From an uncultured virus (IMG/VR IMGVR_UViG_3300006145_000002) (lineage: Duplodnaviria > Heunggongvirae > Uroviricota > Caudoviricetes), in IMG/VR virus record IMGVR_UViG_3300006145_000002: 64,000 nt of DNA; one strand, written 5' to 3'. Position 1 is the stretch's first letter. Each line of letters opens with the position of its first letter. Positions 21,227 to 31,615 of the stretch are shown here, in pieces. The notes beneath the pieces are model-generated. The model was given only the letters and a program-made list of their open reading frames with translations, was not told the DNA's origin and searched no databases. The position numbers were made by a program, and so were the translations under genes.

Positions 21227-21717
21227 GTTTCGGCACCAGCCCTCGGATCGCCATTGATAGTAGGACGATTGAATTCAGAAACAGAGTATTCTAACGAAAT
21301 TCCATGAAATTTAGGAGCAGGACTAATATCATTTATTTCGACCAATCGCATCCTACCAACACCAAACTCCATTGTTCCGTTAAACATTTCTTCAATTCGC
21401 TCTGCAATTAAATCATATCGCAACCCATCACTTGTACGAATATTATCTTGATGAACAAACACATAAAAGACAATCGACATTTTCTTAAACGTCTTATTCA
21501 TTACATCAGGCACATAAATACGATGACAAATAAAAGTACCCGTATCCTTTACGGCCTCTGGCGTATAGGCATACGGGTAAATTCGTTTATACATCAAATC
21601 TCGATCTGGAATTGGTGAATTTGGCTTATCATTAATCAAATCAACAATTTTCTGATCGCTGCAAAGTTTTTGGTTAATCTTACTGCGAAACTCTTTCAAT
21701 TCATGTAATAAAGCCAT
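21223..21717 (-). CDS. putative tail terminator protein
   Basis: 164 aa, RYDLIAERIEEMFNG pattern and position. Confidence 0.55.
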   Translation of the reverse strand: MALLHELKEFRSKINQKLCSDQKIVDLINDKPNSPIPDRDLMYKRIYPYAYTPEAVKDTGTFICHRIYVPDVMNKTFKKMSIVFYVFVHQDNIRTSDGLRYDLIAERIEEMFNGTMEFGVGRMRLVEINDISPAPKFHGISLEYSVSEFNRPTINGDPRAGAET

Positions 21718-21726
21718 TCAATCACC

Positions 21727-22500
21727 TCAAATCCACATATCAGGTTTTTCTTTCAGTTCTGCACCTGTTCCCACAGGATCAAAAGTATAATCAGCAATCA
21801 TCAATTCTTTGTTATCACGCTTTGGATCATACTGATCCTCTGCAACAGTCAAATGGATATACCCTCTTTCTCCAGCATCCGAATAGCTAATTGTATCTGC
21901 TTGCTTCACTTCAAACGCTGTTGGTCTTTCTATATTCCTATCCAACAAGAAGCGAAAACCACCATCAATTAAGCGAGTATGCTCATCAAATGTGATATAC
22001 ACAATCATTTGCGATGTGCCGATAGTCATATGTAATTTCTCATCATATCTATCTGTTTCACCGCTACCGTACTGCGTTGAGTTGATAACACTAATCGGAT
22101 ACTCCACAATTTCTTTAGTCAATGGCGAAAAGAATTTTACCTTATAATTGCAGAACGACAAAGTTCCTTCCCATTGAATGCCATGTAAGTTATTGGCATT
22201 CACACACAACCAGTATCCATGTTTAGGCCAAGGAATCACATCACCCATATAAATAGGCTCATGAATTAATGTCTGAATATTTGCCTGTGCTGGCGAAGTA
22301 GAACGATACCGCTGCGTATAGATACGGGGATGAATAATTCGTTCTGAATTCCATACGGTTACACCATCAGGAATATAGGAAGGATCATCTGCAAAAGTTT
22401 GTCGAACTAAATGCAAAGCATTTTCAATCTGCTCATTTCGCATTGTATTTCCTCCAGCATTCATTCTACGAAGAAAATTTTGATAACCTCCCACAAACAA
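21727..22500 (-). CDS. putative head closure protein
   Basis: 257 aa, GD.I.W...YWLC and CNY motifs; position after the connector gene. Confidence 0.55.
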   Translation of the reverse strand: MFVGGYQNFLRRMNAGGNTMRNEQIENALHLVRQTFADDPSYIPDGVTVWNSERIIHPRIYTQRYRSTSPAQANIQTLIHEPIYMGDVIPWPKHGYWLCVNANNLHGIQWEGTLSFCNYKVKFFSPLTKEIVEYPISVINSTQYGSGETDRYDEKLHMTIGTSQMIVYITFDEHTRLIDGGFRFLLDRNIERPTAFEVKQADTISYSDAGERGYIHLTVAEDQYDPKRDNKELMIADYTFDPVGTGAELKEKPDMWI

Positions 22501-22507
22501 TCACCTC

Positions 22508-22921
22508 CTAATCTTCTCGTTTAATCCAGCGATACCGTGATAATAAAGTCTCATTGTCTTTTCTATATTTCTCACGTACTTCCATTACTTTACCTAAATG
22601 GTTTGCTGGTGAAAACGCATTGAAATCTTTACTTGAAAGTGTTTGCTTGAGCATAAGTGGAACACGAATATAATTGCTATCCAGATAATTGATTACCATA
22701 TAATTCGATAAAATTTCAATTTCTGTATCTGTCAACTTGCACTTAAACTTGACCTTGTTCCTTTGTGATAAATCTTGTCTGCAACCTCTAAAGGCCGCAA
22801 CCGCAGGACGTAAATAATCTGAAAGAACCTCATAAATTTCAGATTCTTCCAGATTCAAAAAGTCATAATCTTTTATTTTAGATAAAACACTTTCATAAAG
22901 TTCGGTGTAAGGCGTACCCAT
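22508..22921 (-). CDS. putative head-tail adaptor
   Basis: 137 aa; T.Y..LY...L.KIKDY and KDFNAFSPANHL motifs. Confidence 0.6.
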   Translation of the reverse strand: MGTPYTELYESVLSKIKDYDFLNLEESEIYEVLSDYLRPAVAAFRGCRQDLSQRNKVKFKCKLTDTEIEILSNYMVINYLDSNYIRVPLMLKQTLSSKDFNAFSPANHLGKVMEVREKYRKDNETLLSRYRWIKRED

Positions 22922-22935
22922 AAGGAATCACCTCC

Positions 22936-23448
22936 TTACACTAAATCCATCAATTCAATGCCCAACTTCTTCTCAAGCAGCCGAATCATTTTTACATTAG
23001 CGATCTTACCGTCTTTAACATATTTGACAATCTTAGGTGTCAATTCTGTCTTAGCATTGGAATCCAGTCCAGAAAGCAATTCATCAACATCTTTAATGTT
23101 ATCTCCGCAGAACCGCTTCATATCAGAACGGCTTACCTTTGTCGCATAAATCTTATCCAAGTGTAACTTCTTCATAACAGTTTCATCATTAGGCAGAAGC
23201 CACTTTTCAGTGAAATAACGTGGATGCTTTGTATTCATAATACGAAGCTGCTTAAAAGTCATTTCCTGTGTATCACCGACTTCCAACCAAGAAAAAGTTT
23301 CAAATGTAACTGGACAAGTATAATATACAGCAGGAACACGTGCTTCTACTACAATCCTCGTATCATCATTTAAAACGTTGGAAGTGGCAGGGGCGACCTG
23401 TTCTGCCGCCCCATTATCAGGATTCAAATTCTTATTTTCCTGTGCCAA
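22936..23448 (-). CDS. hypothetical protein downstream of capsid (YonA-like position)
   Basis: 170 aa, TTG start with SD GGAGG. Confidence 0.6.
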   Translation of the reverse strand: MAQENKNLNPDNGAAEQVAPATSNVLNDDTRIVVEARVPAVYYTCPVTFETFSWLEVGDTQEMTFKQLRIMNTKHPRYFTEKWLLPNDETVMKKLHLDKIYATKVSRSDMKRFCGDNIKDVDELLSGLDSNAKTELTPKIVKYVKDGKIANVKMIRLLEKKLGIELMDLV

Positions 23449-23482
23449 TTTTAACGCCTCCCAATATGTATTTAGGATTTAA

Positions 23483-24559
23483 TTAGGCCAAATCCCAATG
23501 CCCAATAAAGTCGCTGGTAACAGCAGCCAAACCAGCCTTAACCTGAATCTGGCCTTCAAGAGTCATATCCATATTCTCACGATTATCAGTTGTCTCCTTC
23601 AGACGGGAATCGCCCTCAAACACAAACTTGATAGGCTTCGCATTAGTAGCCACAATCAGAATCTTGGTCGTAGACAGGGCAAAATCAAAAGTGCCCTGCT
23701 TGAACACCTGTGGAATGGGCATCAGATCATAACCCTCCCAACTGGAAATCACGCCGTTGCGCTTACGCTCTTCCTTGGCAGACTCAGGAATCCAATTCTC
23801 ATCAATATTCTTTTGTAGCTTGCGCAAAGCAGCACCAGTACCAACAAGAACAGGCTTCACACCATTAGCGGTTTCAACCTTCTCAATCAGTTCAAGCAGA
23901 TTGTCACGCTCGGTATCGGTAGACAGCGCACCATGACCAACAAAGCCCTCTGGAGCCATATCACTCATATCAGCAAACGCAGCATACACGGCATTCTGGA
24001 ACGCTTGCAGGAAAGACTTACGAGCCTTATCCATCAGCTTAGTCCAAGAATCAATATTCTTCATAAACCGCTCAAACTCATTGTAGAAATGAACTTCCCA
24101 CCAAGAAGTTTCCACGGAGAAGGACTTGCCCATATCCATGCGCTCACGAATAGTATCCCAATGGTTGCCGCTAAACTTGGAAACAATGAAGTTGCCATTA
24201 TCCTCGGCATAGAACTCATTCTTATCACCCAAATCAACACGAATAGTTTCAACAAAGCGATTGAAGAACTCATTCTCGTTCCAACCTTCAGGCAAAGTCT
24301 GATCCAGAACAGTTTCAATAATCTCAAAAATGTCATTCTTATACTTACGATAAGTACGATAATTGTATTTCTCGCCATGCAGAACATCCTTTTCAAAACG
24401 CTCACGCATTTCAGAATCCATGCTACCAGCACTTGTATCAACATCCTTGGCAACATAATTTGCCACATCACCAGTATAAGTATCAATACCAAGTGCGATT
24501 AACTGCTGCTTCTCAGTAGAGAAATTAGCCAGCTTACTCATATCACAAGCCATATTCAA
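23483..24559 (-). CDS. major capsid protein
   Basis: 358 aa; IFEIIETVLD, FFNRFVE, DLGDKNEF motifs of SPbeta YonB-like capsids; strong codon bias. Confidence 0.8.
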   Translation of the reverse strand: MNMACDMSKLANFSTEKQQLIALGIDTYTGDVANYVAKDVDTSAGSMDSEMRERFEKDVLHGEKYNYRTYRKYKNDIFEIIETVLDQTLPEGWNENEFFNRFVETIRVDLGDKNEFYAEDNGNFIVSKFSGNHWDTIRERMDMGKSFSVETSWWEVHFYNEFERFMKNIDSWTKLMDKARKSFLQAFQNAVYAAFADMSDMAPEGFVGHGALSTDTERDNLLELIEKVETANGVKPVLVGTGAALRKLQKNIDENWIPESAKEERKRNGVISSWEGYDLMPIPQVFKQGTFDFALSTTKILIVATNAKPIKFVFEGDSRLKETTDNRENMDMTLEGQIQVKAGLAAVTSDFIGHWDLA

Positions 24560-24581
24560 TACCTCTCTTTCTTCTTTTCAA

Positions 24582-25157
24582 TTAGCCCACAATATCGTTA
24601 CGCAGAATCTCGATAAAGTAGATAATGTAAGGGCGACCATACTGCTTGCCACCTTCGGTTCTCCAACCAAGGCCACGCTTGGCAGTACCGATAATCTTAC
24701 CAATAAAACCCTGACCAGTCGTATCGGCCTTTTCAACCATCTTCACAGTAGTCTTACCAGCCTCGGCAATTACGTACTTGCCAACCTCCGGGGCATCAGC
24801 AGAACCCAAATTAATGCCTTCCTTGCTCACCGCATACACATCATGAGCAATCAGATCATAACCCCGGAAAGGACGATCAGCCTCATTAATGTAGTTGTAA
24901 AGAGCCTGATTAGTACGCCGTGTCTCATCATAATCCCACTCAGGATTAGCAACCAGTACAACACGATCCTTACCAATCAAATCAGCAGTAGGAGCCAAAA
25001 ACTCGTGAGTTTCCAGACCCTCAACATCAGCGGCCAGATCGCCAACATAACCAATGTGCCCGTTCTCCACATCAACATCAGTAATCAGACTATACAGATG
25101 ACCAGCACGAACAGCGGCAATCTTAGAAGTCTCAACGACAGTATAATTCTTATCCAT
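24582..25157 (-). CDS. capsid decoration / stabilising protein (YonC-like)
   Basis: 191 aa with VENG motif between scaffold and capsid genes. Confidence 0.6.
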   Translation of the reverse strand: MDKNYTVVETSKIAAVRAGHLYSLITDVDVENGHIGYVGDLAADVEGLETHEFLAPTADLIGKDRVVLVANPEWDYDETRRTNQALYNYINEADRPFRGYDLIAHDVYAVSKEGINLGSADAPEVGKYVIAEAGKTTVKMVEKADTTGQGFIGKIIGTAKRGLGWRTEGGKQYGRPYIIYFIEILRNDIVG

Positions 25158-25179
25158 AGTCTTAATCCCTCTCTTTCAA

Positions 25180-26619
25180 TTAATCTTTCTTAGTTGGCAG
25201 CACACCATAGCGAGAATTAACCTCCTCTGCTGGAGTCTGCTGGAACACATCTGCGACCACTGGCGCAGCAGTATCCTTTGGCTTACGACCAAAGTTTGCA
25301 TTCAAATTTTTCTGCGTAAAAAGAATCGCACACTGACCCTGAATATCCTCCAGCGTATACTTATCACGATTCTTCTTCAGTGTGGTATAATCAGCACAAT
25401 CAGCCAAATGCTGATCGAACTTCCTGAACTCTGCATCCTTTGCCGCTTCAATAGCAGCCGCTTCACGTTGCTGTTCGGCAACCACATAAGCATCATACTT
25501 TGGCTTCATTTCATCCAACTCATCCTTAACGGCTGTATAGTTGGCCTCTGCTGTAGCCTTTTCCTCATTAGCTGCATCAACCTGACCACTCATATATGTA
25601 GCAACATCAGAAACCGCCTGTTCAAAAACAAACGGCGCAGAATCTTCCGCACCGTCCTCGAAATCAGAATATGTAGTTTTCTTTCGACTTGCGGTTGCGA
25701 AATCAACGCTGATCTTATCACCATTCATGTTCATCTTCATACCATAAATACGATAATGGTCAGCACGATCCATTACAATAACTTCGTCACCCTGAACATC
25801 AACAAAACAATACTGAGAACACTCGTAGCCCCAACTGTCACGATACTTCTTTTCGCCCAGCACAGCACGAATTTCATCAATCTGCTCCATCAAGTTCAAG
25901 GTAAAATTTGTCTCAGGAACCTTTGGCATATCACTATCCTCCTTAATACTTGATTTTTCAACAGAAACAGTGTACTCATGCAATTTATCTTTAATTTCTT
26001 GAGCAATGGACTGAACAGTAAATTTAGCAACAGCTTCACTATCAATCATTGCTGGTTGAATACGCTCATCTGTCGATGACAAAAGGCAACAACCTTCAAA
26101 ATTGAATCCTGTGAAGGTAAAAGTGCCATCGTCATTTTCTTCGCCAGTGATTGAAGAAAGTTCTAATTCCATGCTTTGCGGTTTACCGCCGTCACGTTCA
26201 AAAATAGTAACTGCGTCATCAAATTTAGTCCACAAAAGGGCATCAACCTGAAAGAACTCCCGACAAATTCCATCGGAACAAACTTTTTCAATCCAACGAT
26301 AGTTACATGACTCTGGAATTACACCATAAGCAGAACCAGCATACACATAATCTTTGCCATTTCCGTCTTTAACAGTTTTGTATTCATGGCCTTGGAAGTC
26401 TAATTCTCCGTCTGGATTCAGAGCGATATACCCCAATACTGGAGTATTCTTGATACTTTCGGCATTTGCATCAACAACTTCTTTGTCAAAAATACTGCCG
26501 TTAAAATTCAAACCTGTATGTAAAACGTCAATCGTTATGGCAAGAAATCTCGAATCTTCTGTTTCCGTACAGCTATTAATAGTAAAAGAAACTGGCAAAT
26601 TTTTTCGTTCATGACTCAC
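25180..26619 (-). CDS. prohead protease-scaffold fusion (YonD-like)
   Basis: HTGLNFNGS, SIKNTPVLG, QSMEL, GCCLL protease motifs plus acidic coiled-coil C-terminus; GTG start chosen from SD spacing. Confidence 0.75.
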   Translation of the reverse strand: MSHERKNLPVSFTINSCTETEDSRFLAITIDVLHTGLNFNGSIFDKEVVDANAESIKNTPVLGYIALNPDGELDFQGHEYKTVKDGNGKDYVYAGSAYGVIPESCNYRWIEKVCSDGICREFFQVDALLWTKFDDAVTIFERDGGKPQSMELELSSITGEENDDGTFTFTGFNFEGCCLLSSTDERIQPAMIDSEAVAKFTVQSIAQEIKDKLHEYTVSVEKSSIKEDSDMPKVPETNFTLNLMEQIDEIRAVLGEKKYRDSWGYECSQYCFVDVQGDEVIVMDRADHYRIYGMKMNMNGDKISVDFATASRKKTTYSDFEDGAEDSAPFVFEQAVSDVATYMSGQVDAANEEKATAEANYTAVKDELDEMKPKYDAYVVAEQQREAAAIEAAKDAEFRKFDQHLADCADYTTLKKNRDKYTLEDIQGQCAILFTQKNLNANFGRKPKDTAAPVVADVFQQTPAEEVNSRYGVLPTKKD

Positions 26620-26670
26620 TTTCCTCATCACCGCCTTTCTGCAAAATTTTAATAACACCCGAAGGTGGTA

Positions 26671-28215
26671 TTAACGATTCAAATTAGCATCGGTATCCTT
26701 TGTGGTTTCACCTTCTTCAGTTAAATCCAAACCTTTGCTTTCATTTGTGGGGCGACCACCACCTGAAACATCCTCGCCAGTAGACGTATAAGAAGTTGCT
26801 AAAGGAATATATTCTTCATGCAATTTCAAAACATGATTTTCTAAGAATAAGCTACCAAGCTGTCTGCTGGGCGATTTGCCTAATGCAACACCATAATCAA
26901 TCTTAAATGGTTCTCCATTTTGTGCTGCTTTCAAAAACGCATCCGCTACTTCAAGACGATTAAATACTGTTGAATCTTGAATACGCAAAGCGAACTTATA
27001 TGTCGGTTTGTTATATCTACGCAATTTAATAAACCGTGTAAAATAGCGTTCACACTGTCTATAAAAGGCATAAATAAAAGCGGCATCATTCTCTAAGGCC
27101 AGCTTAAAAGCTGTTCCAGATGATCCGCTATTAAACAATTCGCTGGACACGCCAGCATTGTCATATATATTTTTGATTGCATCACTCAGATTGTTTGCAT
27201 TGTTTGTATTATCTTTGAAACTGACCGCCGTTGCTTTGCCCGGAGCATGAATCAAACCAATATCATCAGGCATATTAGCTTTATTCATCTCAGCAAATAC
27301 AGCAAGTGTTTCATCAGTCAACAACGGTTTATCAACCGCATCCTCATCAATAGGAATTTCAATCACAATAGCCTTATAATTGTCTACTCTGGCCTTTTGC
27401 ATTTTCAATTTCTTATATACATCTAAATCAAGAATATCCTTTACCAATGCCAACAATAACGGCATAGGATATAAGCATGATTCATTCAGCTTAAAACAAA
27501 CCTGTTTATCTGCTGGCGGCACATACCATCCATCAAAATAATCATCGCCATTTCGATACTCAATATATGCTTGCTGAACATAAGTAGGATATGATGTAAT
27601 TTCAAGAGGATTGACACCACTTAATCTGATTTTGAAATTATACACGCCATCCTGAATTTGCTTAATTCGACATATAGATGGATTCATTTTGTGAATAAAA
27701 AAGTCATATCCATCTTCAAAAATCAAACCATAATAAACATCTTCGACTGTTAAAATGCTCATAATCTTCGACATTTCGTGTTTGAATCCCATTTTCTCAA
27801 ATTCAGAACAAACATTTGCAAAAGCATCACGCATTTTTGCGATCTTTTCATCAGAATCCATCTCGCCAGTTTTTACATCATATATATCAATGTTGTAATT
27901 GAAAAGTCCCATTTTTGAAAAATAATTATTAATGCGCATATAAAATTGCGAAATATTCATCAAATATCTGCTAACCTCAATAATCATATTTGAATGGGCG
28001 GCTGGATTGTTTAATGCGTCTTGAATCCGTTCAAGAGGATAACCGCCAACCTTATATGACCGCAATATTTCTGTATTTGTACATAGATCGTGAACCATAA
28101 GCCTTCTAAATGCACCTAAGTCTAAACGGCTTTTGCCACTGACAGAATCATCAAAAGATTTTGAATCACGCTCATAATCTACTTTAGAATAAATCACTTT
28201 TGTCTTTGACACCAA
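26671..28215 (-). CDS. portal protein
   Basis: 514 aa after terminase; PLATSYT...GGRP C-terminal motif. Confidence 0.8.
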   Translation of the reverse strand: MVSKTKVIYSKVDYERDSKSFDDSVSGKSRLDLGAFRRLMVHDLCTNTEILRSYKVGGYPLERIQDALNNPAAHSNMIIEVSRYLMNISQFYMRINNYFSKMGLFNYNIDIYDVKTGEMDSDEKIAKMRDAFANVCSEFEKMGFKHEMSKIMSILTVEDVYYGLIFEDGYDFFIHKMNPSICRIKQIQDGVYNFKIRLSGVNPLEITSYPTYVQQAYIEYRNGDDYFDGWYVPPADKQVCFKLNESCLYPMPLLLALVKDILDLDVYKKLKMQKARVDNYKAIVIEIPIDEDAVDKPLLTDETLAVFAEMNKANMPDDIGLIHAPGKATAVSFKDNTNNANNLSDAIKNIYDNAGVSSELFNSGSSGTAFKLALENDAAFIYAFYRQCERYFTRFIKLRRYNKPTYKFALRIQDSTVFNRLEVADAFLKAAQNGEPFKIDYGVALGKSPSRQLGSLFLENHVLKLHEEYIPLATSYTSTGEDVSGGGRPTNESKGLDLTEEGETTKDTDANLNR

Positions 28216-28229
28216 ATCACCGTCCTTTC

Positions 28230-29876
28230 TTAATACATTTTAGGTCTACGATTCAACGCTTGTAATCTTTTCGCAAAAGATTTTATATCAACATCACTTT
28301 TGCGATTATCTGCATCTACAACTTTAATAATAAAGTATAGTAAATATGCAGTTGCCGAAAATCGGTCTTTATCAAATTTATTAACCACTTTTTCAACAGA
28401 TAGATTCTTACCATTTTGAGTTAATTTAAGATTACCAACTTCTTGAAAGAACAATTCTTCTTGAACATATGGCATAACTTTGGAATTTAAATCTTCATTA
28501 GTACGAATTCCATAATCATCTCCGCCATTCCTACTTTCAAGAAAACGCAATATTCCAGAATCAATAACGTTAATAAAATTAGAAAGAATCTGTGTCTGAC
28601 AAGATTGTGCTTTAAGGTCATATAAACACTGTTCGGCTTTTGGAGTTTCAGGCTCCGCAGTAGTATTCATTGTGTCCCAAGCTGGATAAGTCTCACCAGT
28701 AAGAGGATCATTTTGTGATTTTAACAATTCATCTATCAATCCACTACCAAGACCATTTCCATCCACCACAATCTTTCGAGCATGATACCGCTTTCTTACT
28801 CGTTTTACCATAATTGCTTGTGTTGTAAAGCTAAATGTATTGGGAACATGAATTAAATTCACCAACTGAATTTCTACGATCTTTCCATCAGCACCACGAA
28901 TTACTTTACCTACAGCAATAGAAGATTGGTTATTACTTTTATTTTGCGAACGTGCAACGTCAACACCTAAATAGTATTCATCTTCATCACTTGATGCACT
29001 TATTTCTGGAGCAGTTAAGGTACGACAATTTATAAGACGATTAATATTTACAAGCGCACCTGTTGAACTACCAACCCAATTACCACCATAGTTCATGTCA
29101 AAAGCAATAGGCGACATATCTTTTTTCTTTTTAAGAATTGTACTTTTACTCGATCCACGCCCATACCAACAACCAAGCATCCAATTTGAACCTAATACAA
29201 TCTTACCATTCAAATCACGCATATCATGGAACATCGACAAATTCCGATTATACTCATCGGAACCTCTAAAGCCCGGAGTAGTATAGAAATTGATTTGCTG
29301 ATTAAGTTCTTCAGGATTTACAACCGCCATTTTACCACACGTAGTACGACCAACTTCCACAACAGGCTCAAGTGCATCTTCAAAGATTACATTATCCATC
29401 AAGTTTGATTCCTCGATGCTAATTCTTTTCCTACGTTGGCCTTTACTGGTTTGTGCATTGGCTAATGCGTCAATTCTGGCTCCATTCTTAAAAACAATTA
29501 AAGCATCACCCTTAATAAAACTTGTTTTAACAATTTCTTTGGCTAACATTGGATAGTACCGCACCAATTCATTATATTTGTCTTTTAACAGTGCTGCGGC
29601 ATTCTCTTTTGTTTGTGCCGTCAACGCAAGTTCAATATTTGGATACCTAATACAGACAATAACCATATTTGCAAATTCAAGAAACGTCTTTCCGTATCCT
29701 CGATTGAAGCAACCATGTTCACTAAAGAATCGTGTTCCTGCTCTCATGAAAACACGCTGATCTGTATGTAACTTAATTGCTCCCTCCTGTGGGGCCATTA
29801 AATCAAGTGCTAAATCAGGATACCAAATCCACCAACTTGCAAAATATTCAGCCTTTTTAAGTTCTTCAGTAGTCAT
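28230..29876 (-). CDS. terminase large subunit
   Basis: RGYGKT Walker A, GQRR, IEE Walker B, GVDVAR, VVDGNGLG and KDRFSA nuclease motifs. Confidence 0.9.
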   Translation of the reverse strand: MTTEELKKAEYFASWWIWYPDLALDLMAPQEGAIKLHTDQRVFMRAGTRFFSEHGCFNRGYGKTFLEFANMVIVCIRYPNIELALTAQTKENAAALLKDKYNELVRYYPMLAKEIVKTSFIKGDALIVFKNGARIDALANAQTSKGQRRKRISIEESNLMDNVIFEDALEPVVEVGRTTCGKMAVVNPEELNQQINFYTTPGFRGSDEYNRNLSMFHDMRDLNGKIVLGSNWMLGCWYGRGSSKSTILKKKKDMSPIAFDMNYGGNWVGSSTGALVNINRLINCRTLTAPEISASSDEDEYYLGVDVARSQNKSNNQSSIAVGKVIRGADGKIVEIQLVNLIHVPNTFSFTTQAIMVKRVRKRYHARKIVVDGNGLGSGLIDELLKSQNDPLTGETYPAWDTMNTTAEPETPKAEQCLYDLKAQSCQTQILSNFINVIDSGILRFLESRNGGDDYGIRTNEDLNSKVMPYVQEELFFQEVGNLKLTQNGKNLSVEKVVNKFDKDRFSATAYLLYFIIKVVDADNRKSDVDIKSFAKRLQALNRRPKMY

Positions 29877-30935
29877 TTACTCACCATCCCCATAATAATC
29901 AGGAGGTAACTTAATGAACTCTGAAATCTTTTCCCTATTGACTAACGTTGTATCATCTTTAAAAATTCCATAAGGATCACCATACTGTTTGAGATATTCG
30001 GCAACCTTATCATCATAGAACTTATATACATCAGCATAATCAACCTCTGGCTTACCCTCCAAGCGGCGACAATAATTCACATAGCACCAAATAATGAAAT
30101 CTGGAGCATCATTTGGCCTGTATTTGAATTGCGGAAGGATTCTTGTTATATCCTGCTCTCGTTCAAATTTCTGAAAGAACTCTGAAAAACACGTGACTCC
30201 ACCTTGAACATCAATAGCGTTTAACTGCTTTAATGCTTCAGAAGCCAGCTTTGACCATTTTTCAGCATCAGCAATTCCACCAGAACTTGTTGCAATTTCT
30301 TCTTTGGAAGCAAACCGAACGTACCGCAATAAAAGATTCTTTTGGCTGGTAGAAATATTAGGATAGTCTTGTTTACTGTCCTCATAAATCCGTTTCATGG
30401 TTTCATATTCTTTTGCTGTATATCCTTCACCAAACAACCGAATTACATCTTCTGTAACAACAAAATCTTCATCAGATAAATAATAAACTTTTTCGGCGTT
30501 CATTGACTTTCGCCGTGAACTTTCAATAGCGGATTCTGAACCGCCACTAAAATTACTATCTTTCCAAGTTTTGTTTCTATGTTGCTGCAAAGAAATGTTT
30601 TTCAAATACTTTCCAATAATGCCATCATTAGATACATCATCAGAACCAACATTTTTCTTTACTTCTTCTTCAGATTTATCCCACAATGCTTGAATAAAAG
30701 GTTTATCTAATTGACGCAATAACGATTTGAAATTTTCAATATCAAATTCGTCATCATCATTATAACAGGCATTCTTAATACAATCTTTACACATAGGGAT
30801 TCTTCCATCTTTATGTAATGGATTATAACTTACAAAGAAATCACGTGTAATCGGCTTTTCTTTTCCACAAGCAGAACACACCTTTTTAACAACTGGTTTT
30901 CTGGCAGTATTAGAACTGCCTGTTTTTCTCGCCAT
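29877..30935 (-). CDS. Zn-finger protein upstream of terminase (YonG-like; possible small subunit)
   Basis: CSACGK...CKDC, abuts the terminase start. Confidence 0.55.
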   Translation of the reverse strand: MARKTGSSNTARKPVVKKVCSACGKEKPITRDFFVSYNPLHKDGRIPMCKDCIKNACYNDDDEFDIENFKSLLRQLDKPFIQALWDKSEEEVKKNVGSDDVSNDGIIGKYLKNISLQQHRNKTWKDSNFSGGSESAIESSRRKSMNAEKVYYLSDEDFVVTEDVIRLFGEGYTAKEYETMKRIYEDSKQDYPNISTSQKNLLLRYVRFASKEEIATSSGGIADAEKWSKLASEALKQLNAIDVQGGVTCFSEFFQKFEREQDITRILPQFKYRPNDAPDFIIWCYVNYCRRLEGKPEVDYADVYKFYDDKVAEYLKQYGDPYGIFKDDTTLVNREKISEFIKLPPDYYGDGE

Positions 30936-30953
30936 ACTGCCACCTCACTCAAT

Positions 30954-31376
30954 TTATATATTTAAAATATTTTCGATCAGAAAATCAGATTCATAATTCA
31001 CTCCAATTTTCTTTCCGCTCTTTGTATCTTCAAACCGAATAGTAATTGCCGTCATAGGATTATCAGGAGCCTTCATCAAATAAATTTTATCTCTATCAAG
31101 ACTATACAAAGCAAAATAATCAATTTCAGAATTTGAATATTTTCTTCTTCCTCCGTTAGTCCTATGTGCGGTTGATGATGTTAAATCAAATATTGAACAT
31201 CCATTCTTAGATTTAATAGATGTTTTCACCTGAATTTTGTTCAGCTTTCCATTAAATTCAGCAACTAAGTCAGCTTTTTCATCATCACCAAATGGAATAT
31301 AAATAGGGATACCCATTTCAACAAATTTAGCAAGAACTTTTGCTTCTCCAATATTCCCAATTCGTTTACTATTCAT
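30954..31376 (-). CDS. PD-(D/E)XK homing-type endonuclease (PDDEXK_5 / I-Ssp6803I-like)
   Basis: GNIGEAKV...PFGD...DLV...KIQVKT...IDYF motifs. Confidence 0.8.
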   Translation of the reverse strand: MNSKRIGNIGEAKVLAKFVEMGIPIYIPFGDDEKADLVAEFNGKLNKIQVKTSIKSKNGCSIFDLTSSTAHRTNGGRRKYSNSEIDYFALYSLDRDKIYLMKAPDNPMTAITIRFEDTKSGKKIGVNYESDFLIENILNI

Positions 31377-31434
31377 ATATCCCTCCTAATCACAAATATA
31401 AAAAGACCAAGGACTATTGATCCTTGGCCTTTAC

Positions 31435-31488
31435 GTTAGATTCACCAGAATTGCACTGGAGCGGCTGCAACCGTGACCCTTATCTAAC
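31435..31488 (-). ncRNA. 54-nt D-armless tRNA-like element
   Basis: GTTAGAT/ATCTAAC closing stem, CGGT-TGCA-GCCG hairpin, CCAG-TGCAATT-CTGG T-loop-like hairpin. Confidence 0.45.
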
Positions 31489-31534
31489 ACAGATCATATT
31501 ACATTTTGGAGGAAATGTGTAAACAAGAATACTC

Positions 31535-31609
31535 TGGTCTGGATATTCAGACTCGAACTGAAACCTACATGATCCCAAATCATGCGCTCTACCATTAAGC
31601 TACATCCAG
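31535..31609 (-). tRNA. tRNA-Pro(UGG)
   Basis: CTGGATG/TATCCAG acceptor, CATGA-TTTGGGA-TCATG, TTCGA T-loop, encoded CCA. Confidence 0.92.
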
Positions 31610-31615
31610 ATAAAT

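Noticed and set aside
19503..25953. Long plus-strand ORFs (19503-20483, 23933-24502, 25408-25953 and similar)
   Set aside because: Antisense to highly biased structural genes, which suppresses stop codons on the opposite strand.
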